DNA of 32,000 nucleotides from Phycisphaera mikurensis NBRC 102666 (GTDB lineage: Bacteria > Planctomycetota > Phycisphaerae > Phycisphaerales > Phycisphaeraceae): NCBI RefSeq assembly GCF_000284115.1, contig NC_017080.1, forward strand, positions 2,760,001-2,792,000, written 5' to 3'. The notes under the pieces are model-generated. The model had not been told where the DNA came from and made no database searches. It saw only the letters and a list, made by a program, of their open reading frames with translations. Below are positions 9,157 through 17,611 of the stretch, in pieces (the first letter of the stretch is position 1; every line of letters begins with the position of its first letter). Made by a program: the position numbers and the translations under genes.

Positions 9157-10061
9157 AGCGTTGCCTCGTCGTCCTCTTGAGCCTGCTCGCCGCCGGGCCC
9201 GCCGGCGCCGGGGTCGGCCACCGCGTCCTCCACGACGAGGCACGCGGGCGCGACGTCCCGGTGAAGATCACCACGCCCGACGACGCCGAACCCGGACGCC
9301 TGCCCGCCGTCTTCTTCTCGCACGGCCTCGGCGGCTCGGTCGAGGCCGCCGGCTACCTCGCCGAGGGCCTCGCCGAAGCCGGGTACATCGTCGTCAACGT
9401 GCAGCACCCCGGCTCGGACCGGCGCGTCTGGGAGGGGCTTCCGCGGGCGACCCGGCGGCCCGCGATGCGAGCGGCCGCCAGCGCCGAGCAGTCGCGGGCC
9501 CGGCCGGCGGACGTGTCCTTCGCGCTGACCGCGCTGCTCGGCACGGGCGACGTGCCGATCGACCCGGCCCGCGTCGGGGTCGCCGGGCACTCCTTCGGCT
9601 CGCTCACGGCGCGGCTGCTCGCCGGCCAGCGCGTGGCGGGCGGACGGAGCTTCACCGACCCGCGCTTCCGCGCCGCCGTCGCGCTCAGCGGCCCGCCCGC
9701 CCGCTTCGACGCGGCCGTGGCGGAGATCGCGATCCCGGTGCTGCACATCACCGGCACGCGCGACGTCTCCAGGATCGATCCGAACCTCACGCCGGCCGAC
9801 CGCCGCGACGCCTACGACCGCAGCCCCGCCGGCCACCAGTACCTCGTCCTCTACGCCGGCGCCGACCACGGCGTCTTCGGCGGGGCCGGCGAGCGGCGGC
9901 CACGCGGCCGCGACCTCGAGCGCGACGCGGCGATCCAGGGCTCGGTGCTGGAAGCCTGCATCCGCTTCTTCGACGGCTTCCTCGCGCGGCCCCCGCAGCC
10001 GCTCACGCACGCGGCGCTCGAGGCCGCCGTCCGGGGGCTCGGCGCCGTGGAGAGCAAGTGA
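9153..10061 (+). CDS. Secreted alpha/beta hydrolase (dienelactone hydrolase/PAF-acetylhydrolase-like)
   Basis: Signal peptide MKRCLVVLLSLLAAGPAGA; VFFSHGLGG; nucleophile elbow GVAGHSFGS; GADHGVF histidine region. Overlaps the mfd stop by 4 nt. Confidence 0.82.
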   Translation: MKRCLVVLLSLLAAGPAGAGVGHRVLHDEARGRDVPVKITTPDDAEPGRLPAVFFSHGLGGSVEAAGYLAEGLAEAGYIVVNVQHPGSDRRVWEGLPRATRRPAMRAAASAEQSRARPADVSFALTALLGTGDVPIDPARVGVAGHSFGSLTARLLAGQRVAGGRSFTDPRFRAAVALSGPPARFDAAVAEIAIPVLHITGTRDVSRIDPNLTPADRRDAYDRSPAGHQYLVLYAGADHGVFGGAGERRPRGRDLERDAAIQGSVLEACIRFFDGFLARPPQPLTHAALEAAVRGLGAVESK

Positions 10062-10205
10062 CGAGCATTCCAGTTGGTCCTCGGGCGGCCGATGCCCGGG
10101 TGCCGAGCATCCGGCCCGGATCGTCTGATCGAAGGCCGAGCCCCGGCCGGCACGGCACCCCAGCCGGTGCATCGGCGGACGCTTGCGAGGGTCTTGCGAG
10201 GCGTC

Positions 10206-11240
10206 TCAATCGACCTTCGGCTCCGCCGGCTTCCTCCAGAAGCAGAGCGGGTCGATCAGGTTCCGCGCGGACAGCTCCGGCCAGGGCGGGGGCCGCCGCC
10301 GCAGCGGCGCGGTGAGCGCCCGGAGCACGCCGGCGGCGCGGCGGGCCGGCGTCGCCCCGGGGCTGGGGCCGTCGCAGCGGAGCAGCACGGCGGTGAGGTC
10401 GTCGTCGAAGGCGTGGCCGCCGCGGAGCACGGCGTCGATGAGCCCGCCGATGACGCTCGCCGGCACGGCCGAGCCGGGATCTTCTTCCAGGCCGTTCGCG
10501 GCGTCCACGAGGCCCTCGACCCCGAGCATCTCGCGCTGCGCGTTCATCGCCTCGATGAGGCAGTCGGTGTAGACGAGCACCGCGTCGCCGGGGTGCAGGC
10601 GGATCTCCTGCCCGCGGTAGCCCACGTTCTCGAGCACGCCCAGCGGGAGATTCGCGATGACCGGGTCGCCGCTGGCGTCCCCGCCGCGACCGGCCTCGGC
10701 CGCGGCGCGGCCGGTCTGCTCGTCGGGCACGCTCAGCGGACGCCAGCGGCGGTCGCCGACGCGGTACACCAACGGTGGCGGGTGGCCGGCGTTGCACACG
10801 GTCATCCGCTGCTCCGGGGCGAAGTGCGTGAGCACGATGGCGGTCGCGAAGCGTCCGGTGTCGCCGGCGACCTCGTCCATGTCGCGGTTCATCCGCGCGG
10901 CGAGCCGGTGAGGCTCGATGTGATTGAGGTACCGCTGCATCGTCCGCCGGAGGCGGCGACCGGTCTCGGCCACCTGCTCGCCGTGGCCCGACACGTCGGC
11001 GAGGACCAGGCGCGTGATCCGCCCGGTGCCGCACGAGCTGACGCAATGCACGTCCCCGCCCGCGGCCTGGCCGTGGTGCGGGCGGGAGGCGACGAAGCCG
11101 GTGAGGCCGGGGAGCACCAGCTCCGACCAGGTCGCCGCGTTGCCGCCCCAGACCTCCGCGCAGCGCAGGCCGACGGCCTCGGGCTCGCCGCGGATCGACG
11201 AGGATTCCGCGGACGGCGGGCAGGAGGAGGCTTCTGTCAT
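10206..11240 (-). CDS. PP2C/SpoIIE-family serine phosphatase
   Basis: GGDVHCVSSCGTGRITRLVLADVSGHGEQVA, TAIVLTHFAPEQRMTVCNAGHPPPLVYR, LGVLENVGYRGQEIRLHPGDAVLVYTDCLIEAMN, AFDDDLTAVLLR. Confidence 0.9.
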   Translation of the reverse strand: MTEASSCPPSAESSSIRGEPEAVGLRCAEVWGGNAATWSELVLPGLTGFVASRPHHGQAAGGDVHCVSSCGTGRITRLVLADVSGHGEQVAETGRRLRRTMQRYLNHIEPHRLAARMNRDMDEVAGDTGRFATAIVLTHFAPEQRMTVCNAGHPPPLVYRVGDRRWRPLSVPDEQTGRAAAEAGRGGDASGDPVIANLPLGVLENVGYRGQEIRLHPGDAVLVYTDCLIEAMNAQREMLGVEGLVDAANGLEEDPGSAVPASVIGGLIDAVLRGGHAFDDDLTAVLLRCDGPSPGATPARRAAGVLRALTAPLRRRPPPWPELSARNLIDPLCFWRKPAEPKVD

Positions 11241-11252
11241 CGCGGTCCGCGG
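11207..11252. repeat. 46-bp palindromic element, copy 2: CCGCGGACGG-N26-CGGTCCGCGG (one arm mismatch)
   Basis: Arms 11207-11216 and 11243-11252, 9/10 complementary. Loop is 26 nt. Spans the ATG of the SpoIIE-like gene (11238-11240). Confidence 0.88.
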
Positions 11253-11267
11253 GAGCGGGCGGATGCG

Positions 11268-12944
11268 TCAGCCTACGGCCGCTGGAGGCCCCGCACCGGC
11301 GGGCGGGAGCGTCGCGAGGAAGCGGGCTTCGGCCGCGGCCTGCTGCGCGTCGTCCCAGCCCAGCTCCGCCGCCATCGCCGCCGCCGCCGGAGCCGCCGAG
11401 GCCCGTGCCGCCTCGACGTCCAGCAGCGTCACGCGGAGGCGACGCGCCAGCGCGTCCTCCAGCGTCTCCGCCATCTCGTGCCGGGCCGCCCAGGCCACCT
11501 CGCCCACGCGGTGCGGCAGCGAGGGGTGCAGCGGCTGGTTCCACCCCGGTCGCTCGCGGCAGAGCTCGTCGAGCGCCGGGGCGAGGCTCCCGAAGAGGTC
11601 GCGGGGCTCGAAGGCTCCGGCCGGCTCGGCCACCTCCCGCGCCGCGGGCGCCCCGTGGAGCGGCAGCCGCCTCGTGCCGCACGGCGGGGCGTGGAAGCCG
11701 CCGAGCTCCACCACCCGGTCGACCGCGTCCTCCGCCATCCGGCGGTAGGTCGTCCACTTGCCGCCGGCGAGCGTGATCAGCCCGCTCGCGGAGACCCGCA
11801 GCGTGTGGTCGCGTGAGAGCTTCGCGGTGTTCGTCCCGGCGCCCGCCGGCCGCACCAGCGGGCGCACGCCGGCGAAGCTCGCCCGCACGTCGGCCCGGCC
11901 CGGGGCCTTCTCCATCACGCCGGCGGCGGTCTGCAGCAGGAACGCCACCTCCTGCTCGCTCGGCCGCGGGTCCCGCGGCGCGTGGTCCAGCGGCTCGTCG
12001 GTGGTGCCGACGACCACCCTGCCGTGCCAGGGGATCGCGAAGAGCACGCGGCCGTCGGGCGTCCGGGGCACCATCAGCGCGTCGGGACCGCCGAGGAACG
12101 CGGCGTCGAGCACCACGTGGCTGCCGCGGCTGGGCGCGATGAGGCCGCCGGCCGGGACGCCGCCGCCGAGCCGGTCCATCGCGAGCACGCCGTCGCTGAA
12201 CGGCCCGGTGCAGTTGACGACGACCTCCGCCCGCACCACGGCGTGCCCGAGGGGTCCGCTCTGGACCTCCGCGCCGGCCACACGCCCGCGCTCGTGGACC
12301 AACGCCGCCACCTCCGCGTGGTTCAACAGCACCGCCCCTCGTTCCTGGGCCGTCCGCGCGAGCGCCACGCACAGCCGCGCGTCGTCGAACTGCCCGTCCT
12401 CGTAGGTGATGGCCCCGCGCAGCCGGTCCCGCTTCGCGTTGGGCAGCGCCGCCAGCGCTTGCTCGCGGGAGAGCCAGCGCGACGGCCCCAGGCCCAGGCG
12501 TCCCGCGAGCGCGTCGTACGCCTTCATCCCCAGGCCGTACCACGGCCGCTCCCACCACGCCCAGGCGGGGATGACGAAGCGGCGCCGGTGACAAAGGTGC
12601 GGCGCGTTGCGCAGCAGCAGGCCCCGCTCGTGCAGCGCCTCGCGGACGAGCTTCACGTCGCCGCGCTGCAGGTAGCGGACGCCGCCGTGCACGAGCTTGG
12701 TCGAGCGGGAGGAGCTGCCGGCGGCGAAGTCGTCGCGTTCGACCAGCGCGACGCGGAGGCCGCGGTCGGCCGCGTCGACGGCGACGCCGAGGCCGCTGCA
12801 GCCGCCGCCGATGACCAGGACGTCGAAGGGCGAGCCGGCGGCCAGCGCATCCCAGGCGCGCCGACGCGGCGTCGTCGCGGCATCAGCCACGTGCGGCGCT
12901 CCGGCCACGCCCGTCGTCCCAGCCACGGCCGTCGTTCCAGCCAC
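11268..12944 (-). CDS. glpD: Glycerol-3-phosphate dehydrogenase (FAD-dependent)
   Basis: FDVLVIGGGCSGLGVAVDAADRGLRVALVERDDFAAGSSSRSTKLVHGGVRYLQ, FVIPAW, GLMAPSRGSHVV-like region, LITLAGGKWTTYRRMAEDAVD. Several in-frame GTG starts (12944, 12926, 12908) fall in a short tandem repeat. Confidence 0.94.
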   Translation of the reverse strand: MAGTTAVAGTTGVAGAPHVADAATTPRRRAWDALAAGSPFDVLVIGGGCSGLGVAVDAADRGLRVALVERDDFAAGSSSRSTKLVHGGVRYLQRGDVKLVREALHERGLLLRNAPHLCHRRRFVIPAWAWWERPWYGLGMKAYDALAGRLGLGPSRWLSREQALAALPNAKRDRLRGAITYEDGQFDDARLCVALARTAQERGAVLLNHAEVAALVHERGRVAGAEVQSGPLGHAVVRAEVVVNCTGPFSDGVLAMDRLGGGVPAGGLIAPSRGSHVVLDAAFLGGPDALMVPRTPDGRVLFAIPWHGRVVVGTTDEPLDHAPRDPRPSEQEVAFLLQTAAGVMEKAPGRADVRASFAGVRPLVRPAGAGTNTAKLSRDHTLRVSASGLITLAGGKWTTYRRMAEDAVDRVVELGGFHAPPCGTRRLPLHGAPAAREVAEPAGAFEPRDLFGSLAPALDELCRERPGWNQPLHPSLPHRVGEVAWAARHEMAETLEDALARRLRVTLLDVEAARASAAPAAAAMAAELGWDDAQQAAAEARFLATLPPAGAGPPAAVG

Positions 12945-14427
12945 GGCAACGCGCGACCGCCTCGGCGTACCGCCCGCGGAGCCGGTGCGCCTCCGCCTCG
13001 TCCATCCGCGGCTCGAAGCGATCGGCCCCCGGCGTGCAGCGACCGACCGCGGCCTCCAGCGAGTCCCAGACGCCGGCGCCCACGCCCGCCGCGACGGCCG
13101 CGCCCAGGGCCGTCGCCTCGAGCCGCCGCGGCCGCACGACCGGCATCCGCAGCAGGTCCGCCTGGAGCTGCATGAGCCCGTCGTTGGCCGACGCGCCGCC
13201 GTCGACCCGCAGCTCCGTGGCCGCCCCGTCTCCCAGGTCCGCCGCCATCGCGTCGACCAGCTCCGCCACCTGGCACGCGATCGCGTCGATGGCCGCCCGG
13301 CACAGGTGGGCCTTGGTCGTGCCCGCCGTCAGCCCCTGCACGCTGCCGCGGGCGTCCGGGTCCCAGTGCGGGGCGCCCAGCCCCGCGAGCGCCGGCACGA
13401 GCACCACCCCGCCGGCGTCGGGCACGGAGGCGGCGAGCGCCGCGATCTCTCGGGTCGTCTCCGCGAAGCCCAGCTGGTCCCGCAGCCACTGCACGACGGC
13501 CCCGCCGACGAACACGCCGCCCTCCAGCGCGAACGCCTCGCCGGGGCCGCCCGCCGCCGCGGTCGCCAGCAGACGGTTCTCCGACGCCGGCGGCGTCGGG
13601 CCGGTGTGCGTCAGCAGGAAACAGCCCGTCCCGTAGGTGCACTTCACCGGGCCCGGCCCGAGGCAGCCCTGCCCGAGCAGCGCCGCCTGCTGGTCGCCGA
13701 GGATCCCGCGGACCGCGACGCCGCGCAGCGGTTCGAGCCCGCGGTCCGCGGATCCGACCTCCCCGAAGAAGGAAAGGCTCCCCCGCACCTCCGGCAACGC
13801 CGCCCGCGGCACGCCGAAGCGGTCGCAGAGCGCCTCGTCCCAAGACCCGCTCGCCAGGTCGAGCAGCAGCGTGCGGCTCGCGTTGGTCACGTCCGTCGCG
13901 TGCACCCGGCCGCCGGTGAGGTTCCACAGCAGCCAGGCGTCGACGGTGCCCAACGCCACCTCCCCCGCCAGCGCCCGCTCCCGCAGGCCCTCGGTGTCGT
14001 CCAGCAGCCACGCCGCCTTGGTCGCGGAGAAGTAGGGATCCAGCCGCAGGCCCGTGCGGGCGCGGACGTCGTCCTCCAGGCCCCGGTCGATCATCCGCCG
14101 GCACGCCGGCGTGGTCCGCCGGTCCTGCCACACGATCGCGGGGCCCAGCGGCTCGCCGGTCGCCCGGTCCCACAGCACCACCGTCTCCCGCTGGTTGGCG
14201 ACGCCGACGGCGGCGATCCGCTCCGCTCGATCCCCCAGCGCCGCGAGCACCTCCGCCGCCGCGTCCCGCTGCGTGGACCAGATCTCGCCGGCGTCCTGCT
14301 CCACCCACCCCGGCCGCGGGTACCGCGCCGCCAGCGGACGCGAAGCCGCCGCCACGGCCTCGCCCGAGGCGTCGATCGCGATCGCCCGTGAGCTGGTGGT
14401 GCCTTGGTCGAGGGCGAGGAGGAGCAC
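12883..14427 (-). CDS. glpK: Glycerol kinase
   Basis: VLLLALDQGTTSSRAIAID, GWVEQDAGEIW, WQDRRT, GILGDQQAALLGQGC, KCTYGTGCFLL, ELRVDGGASANDGLMQLQADLL. GTG start at 14425-14427. The supplied ORF runs further upstream. The 3' end overlaps glpD by 62 nt. Confidence 0.95.
   Translation of the reverse strand: MLLLALDQGTTSSRAIAIDASGEAVAAASRPLAARYPRPGWVEQDAGEIWSTQRDAAAEVLAALGDRAERIAAVGVANQRETVVLWDRATGEPLGPAIVWQDRRTTPACRRMIDRGLEDDVRARTGLRLDPYFSATKAAWLLDDTEGLRERALAGEVALGTVDAWLLWNLTGGRVHATDVTNASRTLLLDLASGSWDEALCDRFGVPRAALPEVRGSLSFFGEVGSADRGLEPLRGVAVRGILGDQQAALLGQGCLGPGPVKCTYGTGCFLLTHTGPTPPASENRLLATAAAGGPGEAFALEGGVFVGGAVVQWLRDQLGFAETTREIAALAASVPDAGGVVLVPALAGLGAPHWDPDARGSVQGLTAGTTKAHLCRAAIDAIACQVAELVDAMAADLGDGAATELRVDGGASANDGLMQLQADLLRMPVVRPRRLEATALGAAVAAGVGAGVWDSLEAAVGRCTPGADRFEPRMDEAEAHRLRGRYAEAVARCRGWNDGRGWDDGRGRSAARG
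12900..12944. repeat. Short 18-bp tandem repeat (GTGGCTGG[A/G]ACGACGG[C/G]C on minus strand) in the glpK/glpD overlap
   Basis: Encodes MAGTTAVAGTTGVAGAPHV in the glpD frame and GWNDGRGWDDGRG in the glpK frame. Confidence 0.8.
13706..13751. repeat. 46-bp palindromic element, copy 3: CCGCGGACCG-N26-CGGTCCGCGG
   Basis: Arms 13706-13715 and 13742-13751 are perfect. Loop is 26 nt. Located inside glpK. Confidence 0.95.
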
Positions 14428-14573
14428 GGAGCAGCGGCGGAAAGGACCCGAAGAAGCGCCACGGACAGAGGACGCAGCGTACCGCGCGATCGGGTTGAAC
14501 CCCAAGACCCGACGGGGCTGCTCGCGGACGCGCGAGAGCCCGCGGAGGCTCCTCCGCGTGCTCGATCCTCCTT

Positions 14574-14596
14574 CCGGACCGCCGAGAGCGGTCCGG
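14574..14596. terminator. Hairpin CCGGACCGC-CGAGA-GCGGTCCGG immediately after the YbjN-like stop codon
   Basis: Perfect 9-bp stem with a 5-nt loop and no T-run. Terminator or mRNA 3'-end role is inference. Confidence 0.45.
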
Positions 14597-14597
14597 C

Positions 14598-15044
14598 TCA
14601 GAGCTCGGCGGCTTTGACGGCGAGCGTCACGTCCTCGTTGCCGTAGATCACCGAAAGGAACGCCGGCAGGTACCGCTCGCACATCGCCGGGCCGACGAAG
14701 ACCAGGTGCTCGAGCACGCGGTCGTCGACGCGCTCGCCGCCGGTGAGGTGGCTGACCTTGAAGAGCAGCTCGCCGTCGTCGAGGTCCAGCTCGAAGCAGC
14801 CGACCTTCATGCCGTAGTTCGCCCGCGCGACCGCCTCGGCGATCGCGGCACGCTGCGCGGCGGGCACCTTGTTGGCGGGGTGCGTGACGATGCGGACGGA
14901 ATCGCTCTCCACCGAGATCGCCATCCGCACGTCGCCGTGGTCGCCCGAGAAGCCGAGCTTGAAGATCTCGCGGTTCTCGTCGAACTCGTGCTTGAGCTCC
15001 TTCTCGAGGAGCCACTCCTGGATGCGTTCGTGCTCTTCGGTCAT
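14598..15044 (-). CDS. YbjN-domain-like protein (~148 aa)
   Basis: MTEEHERIQEWLLEKELKHEFDENREIFKLGF...MAISVESDSVRIVTHP...FELDLDDGELLFKVSHLTGG. Resembles the YbjN/sensory chaperone fold. Confidence 0.65.
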   Translation of the reverse strand: MTEEHERIQEWLLEKELKHEFDENREIFKLGFSGDHGDVRMAISVESDSVRIVTHPANKVPAAQRAAIAEAVARANYGMKVGCFELDLDDGELLFKVSHLTGGERVDDRVLEHLVFVGPAMCERYLPAFLSVIYGNEDVTLAVKAAEL

Positions 15045-15284
15045 CTTCGGGTTCCTTTCCGTGGCCGCGGAAAGGCCACCGCGAAGCCTACGACGCCGGC
15101 CCGCGCGGGCCGCCGCCGGGGCGGACGCGGGACGGCGCGGCCGCCGGGGCCGCTCGGCGACCCGGCCGGCCGGTGGTCCGGGCAGGAGCCCATCCGAAGA
15201 AGCCTCAAGGCGCTCCCGCGGGCGGCCGATGGTGCCGCAGGATCCAGGCTCCGGCCTGCTCCTCCCTCGTTTGCGAGCAACCGC

Positions 15285-17150
15285 TTGAACCCGATCGCCC
15301 CCTCTTTCCCGCTCCAACCCCGCTGCCCCGCCGAGGGGTTCGAGGCGGACGAAGGCTTGGAAGCGCTGCTGGAGCTCGCGGCGGAGACCTTCGAGGTGCC
15401 GATGGCCGCGATCACCTTCCTGGGCCCCGCCCGGGCCAGGCTGCTGGTCGAGCGCGGCTGCGGGGTGCGCGAGCTGCCCCGCGCCGCGACGTTCTGCGAC
15501 CGGGCGCTCGCCACGGGCTCCGGCCTGGTCATCCGCGACGCGGCCGCCGAGGCGGCCTTCCGCGACCACCCCGCCGCCACCGGGGCCTCCGCGCTGCGTT
15601 TCTACGCCGGGCTGCCGTTCCAGATCGACGGCTCCGACGCCACCCCCGTCCTCTGCGTCGCCGACCGGCGGAGCCGCGACTTCCCCGCCCCCTGCCTGCG
15701 GCGGCTCGGCCAGCTCGCGGTGCAGGCCAGCCGCCACCTTGCGCTGCAGCGGGACCTGCTGCTGGCCCGCCGCCTCGCGCACACCGACGAGGGAACCGGC
15801 CTGCTGAACGCGCGCGGCCTGTGCCGAGCGCTCGACGCTCGGCGTGCCTCCGGCCGCGACCTGCTGGTGGCGTGCCTGCGGCTCCACCGCTGGAACGCCG
15901 TCGCCGAGGGGACCACCGCGGGCGATGGCGTGCTCGCCGAGGCCGCCAACCGCCTCACCCGCATCGGCCCGCTCTCCACCGGCTCCGCCCGGGCCGGCGG
16001 ACCGCCGCCGCTGCTCGCCAGCCTGGGGCGGGGCACCTTCGCCATCGGCTTCGAGGGCGGGCCGGAGCTCGCCGACGCCGCGGCGCTGGTGAGCGGCGAG
16101 ATCGCCGAGGTGCTCCGCGACGACCTCGTGCTCCGCGGGCAGCGGTTCTCGCTCGCCGCGGCGGTGGGCCTGGCCACGACCACGGGCGGCGGCCTCGGCG
16201 GCGGGCGGTCGGGGCCCAGCGGCCGCGAGATCCTCTCCCGCGCCTCGCTCGCCCTCACCGACGCCCGCAGAAACCGCGGCGCCGGCTTCGTGGAGAGCCG
16301 CCTCTTCGACGCGCCGATGCTCGCCAAGGCCCGCGCTTCGGCGACGCTTGAGTCCGAGCTGCGGGCGTCGATCGACTCCGGACGCGTGCAGCCCGCCTTC
16401 CAGCCGATCGTCGACCTCACCAGCTCACGCGTCGCCGGCTACGAGATCCTCGCCCGCTGGGAGCACCCCGAGCGGGGCCCGATCTTCCCGGACGTCTTCA
16501 TCCCCCTCGCCGAGCAGACCGACCTCATCGAGCCGCTGTTCGCCTGCCTCGCCCGGACCGCCATCCACGCTCTGCCGAGCCTGAGCGCCGACCGGCACCT
16601 GCCCTTTCTCTCGCTGAACCTCTCGAAGCTGCAGCTCCACGACGGCACGCTCCAAGACCGCATCGTGGGCCTCTGCGCCGACGCGGGCGTGCCGACCCAC
16701 CGCATCCACCTGGAGCTGACCGAATCGGACGTGGCGGAATCCGGGGAGGCGACCGCCACGATGCACCGGCTCCGGGCGGCGGGCTTCGAGCTGATGCTCG
16801 ACGACTTCGGCACCGGCACGTCCTCGCTGTCGAGCCTGCACGATTACCCCGTGCAGTGGCTCAAGATCGACCGCGGCTTCACCGTGCAAGCCACCCGACG
16901 CCGCTCGGTGGCGATCGTGGCCGACGCGGTCGCGGATCTCGCCCGCAAGCTGAACCTCCGCACCGTGGCCGAGGGGCTGGAGACGGCGGAGGAGGTCCCG
17001 CTGTTCCAGGCGATGGGCTTCGACATGGGGCAGGGCTACCGCTTCGGCCGACCGATGCCGCTGCCGGCTCTGCGGGCGTGGCACGCGTCGCGGGCGGACC
17101 CGCTGGGCGGCTGGCTGCCGGCGGAGACGCCGCGGCACCGAGCCGCCTGA
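15285..17150 (+). CDS. GAF - degenerate GGDEF - EAL protein (probable c-di-GMP phosphodiesterase)
   Basis: GAF-like N-terminus (ITFLGPARARLLVERGC...LPRAATFCDRAL). GGDEF position reads LGRGTFAIGF. EAL domain retains GYEILARWE, SLNLSKLQL, HLELTESD, LMLDDFGTGTSSLSSL, LKIDRGF, TVAEGLET and GQGYRFGRP. Start uncertain; TTG 15285 is one candidate. Confidence 0.85.
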   Translation: MNPIAPSFPLQPRCPAEGFEADEGLEALLELAAETFEVPMAAITFLGPARARLLVERGCGVRELPRAATFCDRALATGSGLVIRDAAAEAAFRDHPAATGASALRFYAGLPFQIDGSDATPVLCVADRRSRDFPAPCLRRLGQLAVQASRHLALQRDLLLARRLAHTDEGTGLLNARGLCRALDARRASGRDLLVACLRLHRWNAVAEGTTAGDGVLAEAANRLTRIGPLSTGSARAGGPPPLLASLGRGTFAIGFEGGPELADAAALVSGEIAEVLRDDLVLRGQRFSLAAAVGLATTTGGGLGGGRSGPSGREILSRASLALTDARRNRGAGFVESRLFDAPMLAKARASATLESELRASIDSGRVQPAFQPIVDLTSSRVAGYEILARWEHPERGPIFPDVFIPLAEQTDLIEPLFACLARTAIHALPSLSADRHLPFLSLNLSKLQLHDGTLQDRIVGLCADAGVPTHRIHLELTESDVAESGEATATMHRLRAAGFELMLDDFGTGTSSLSSLHDYPVQWLKIDRGFTVQATRRRSVAIVADAVADLARKLNLRTVAEGLETAEEVPLFQAMGFDMGQGYRFGRPMPLPALRAWHASRADPLGGWLPAETPRHRAA

Positions 17151-17157
17151 AGCCCGC

Positions 17158-17358
17158 TCAGCTCGACTGGAGCCGGGCCATCACGCGGTCCACGGCGGCG
17201 TCGATCCGCGCCTGGGTCTCGTACGTGCCGGCGTCGATCTCGGCACGGACCCGCTCCACGCGGAGCGCGGCGTCTTCGGATCCGCCGACCAGCCGCAGCG
17301 CCGGGCGGGGAGCGGGACGGCGGAACAGCGCGCGGGCGGCTTGCGGGAGGGAGCTCAT
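17158..17358 (-). CDS. Small FlgM-like (anti-sigma-28 type) protein, 66 aa
   Basis: C-terminal signature VERVRAEIDAGTYETQARIDAAVDRVMARL. ATG 17356-17358 is preceded on the minus strand by AAGGA. Confidence 0.6.
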   Translation of the reverse strand: MSSLPQAARALFRRPAPRPALRLVGGSEDAALRVERVRAEIDAGTYETQARIDAAVDRVMARLQSS

Positions 17359-17380
17359 CGGGTACGTCCTTGTCGGGGGA

Positions 17381-17427
17381 GCGGCCGATCCGTCGGCCGC
17401 CTCGGCGCGGGGGGAGAGGACTCCCCC
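17381..17427 (-). promoter_or_regulatory. Stacked hairpins in the leader of the FlgM-like gene
   Basis: GCGGCCGA-TCCG-TCGGCCGC (17381-17400, perfect 8-bp stem), then GGGGGAG-AGGA-CTCCCCC (perfect 7-bp stem, about 17410-17427). Confidence 0.5.
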
Positions 17428-17463
17428 ATCAGGACTATGCACTGTAGCGGAAGGCGGTGGCTG

Positions 17464-17486
17464 ATCGGCGTTTTGGCCGATTTTTC
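17464..17486 (+). terminator. Possible small terminator-like hairpin, ATCGGC-GTTTTG-GCCGAT-TTTTC
   Basis: 6-bp stem followed by a T-run on the plus strand. Confidence 0.35.
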
Positions 17487-17611
17487 TGCGGGCCGGAGAT
17501 GGGGGTTCTTCCCAAGGTATCCGCCGCTCTTCGCGTAAACCGGAGCCTGCTCCGGGCTTGTGAGTCGCGTTCCCGCGGATGAATCAGGTTCTCCCCGCGT
17601 TGTCAAAACGT

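Noticed and set aside
4234-9243. 1669-aa minus-strand ORF spanning the mfd region
   Set aside because: Only its last ~252 codons look like a protein. The rest is antisense to mfd and is Arg/Gly/His-rich shadow translation typical of high GC.
12653-14391. Long ORFs on both strands over glpK (551 aa minus, 564 aa plus)
   Set aside because: Shadow frames of glpK with low-complexity composition and no family motifs.
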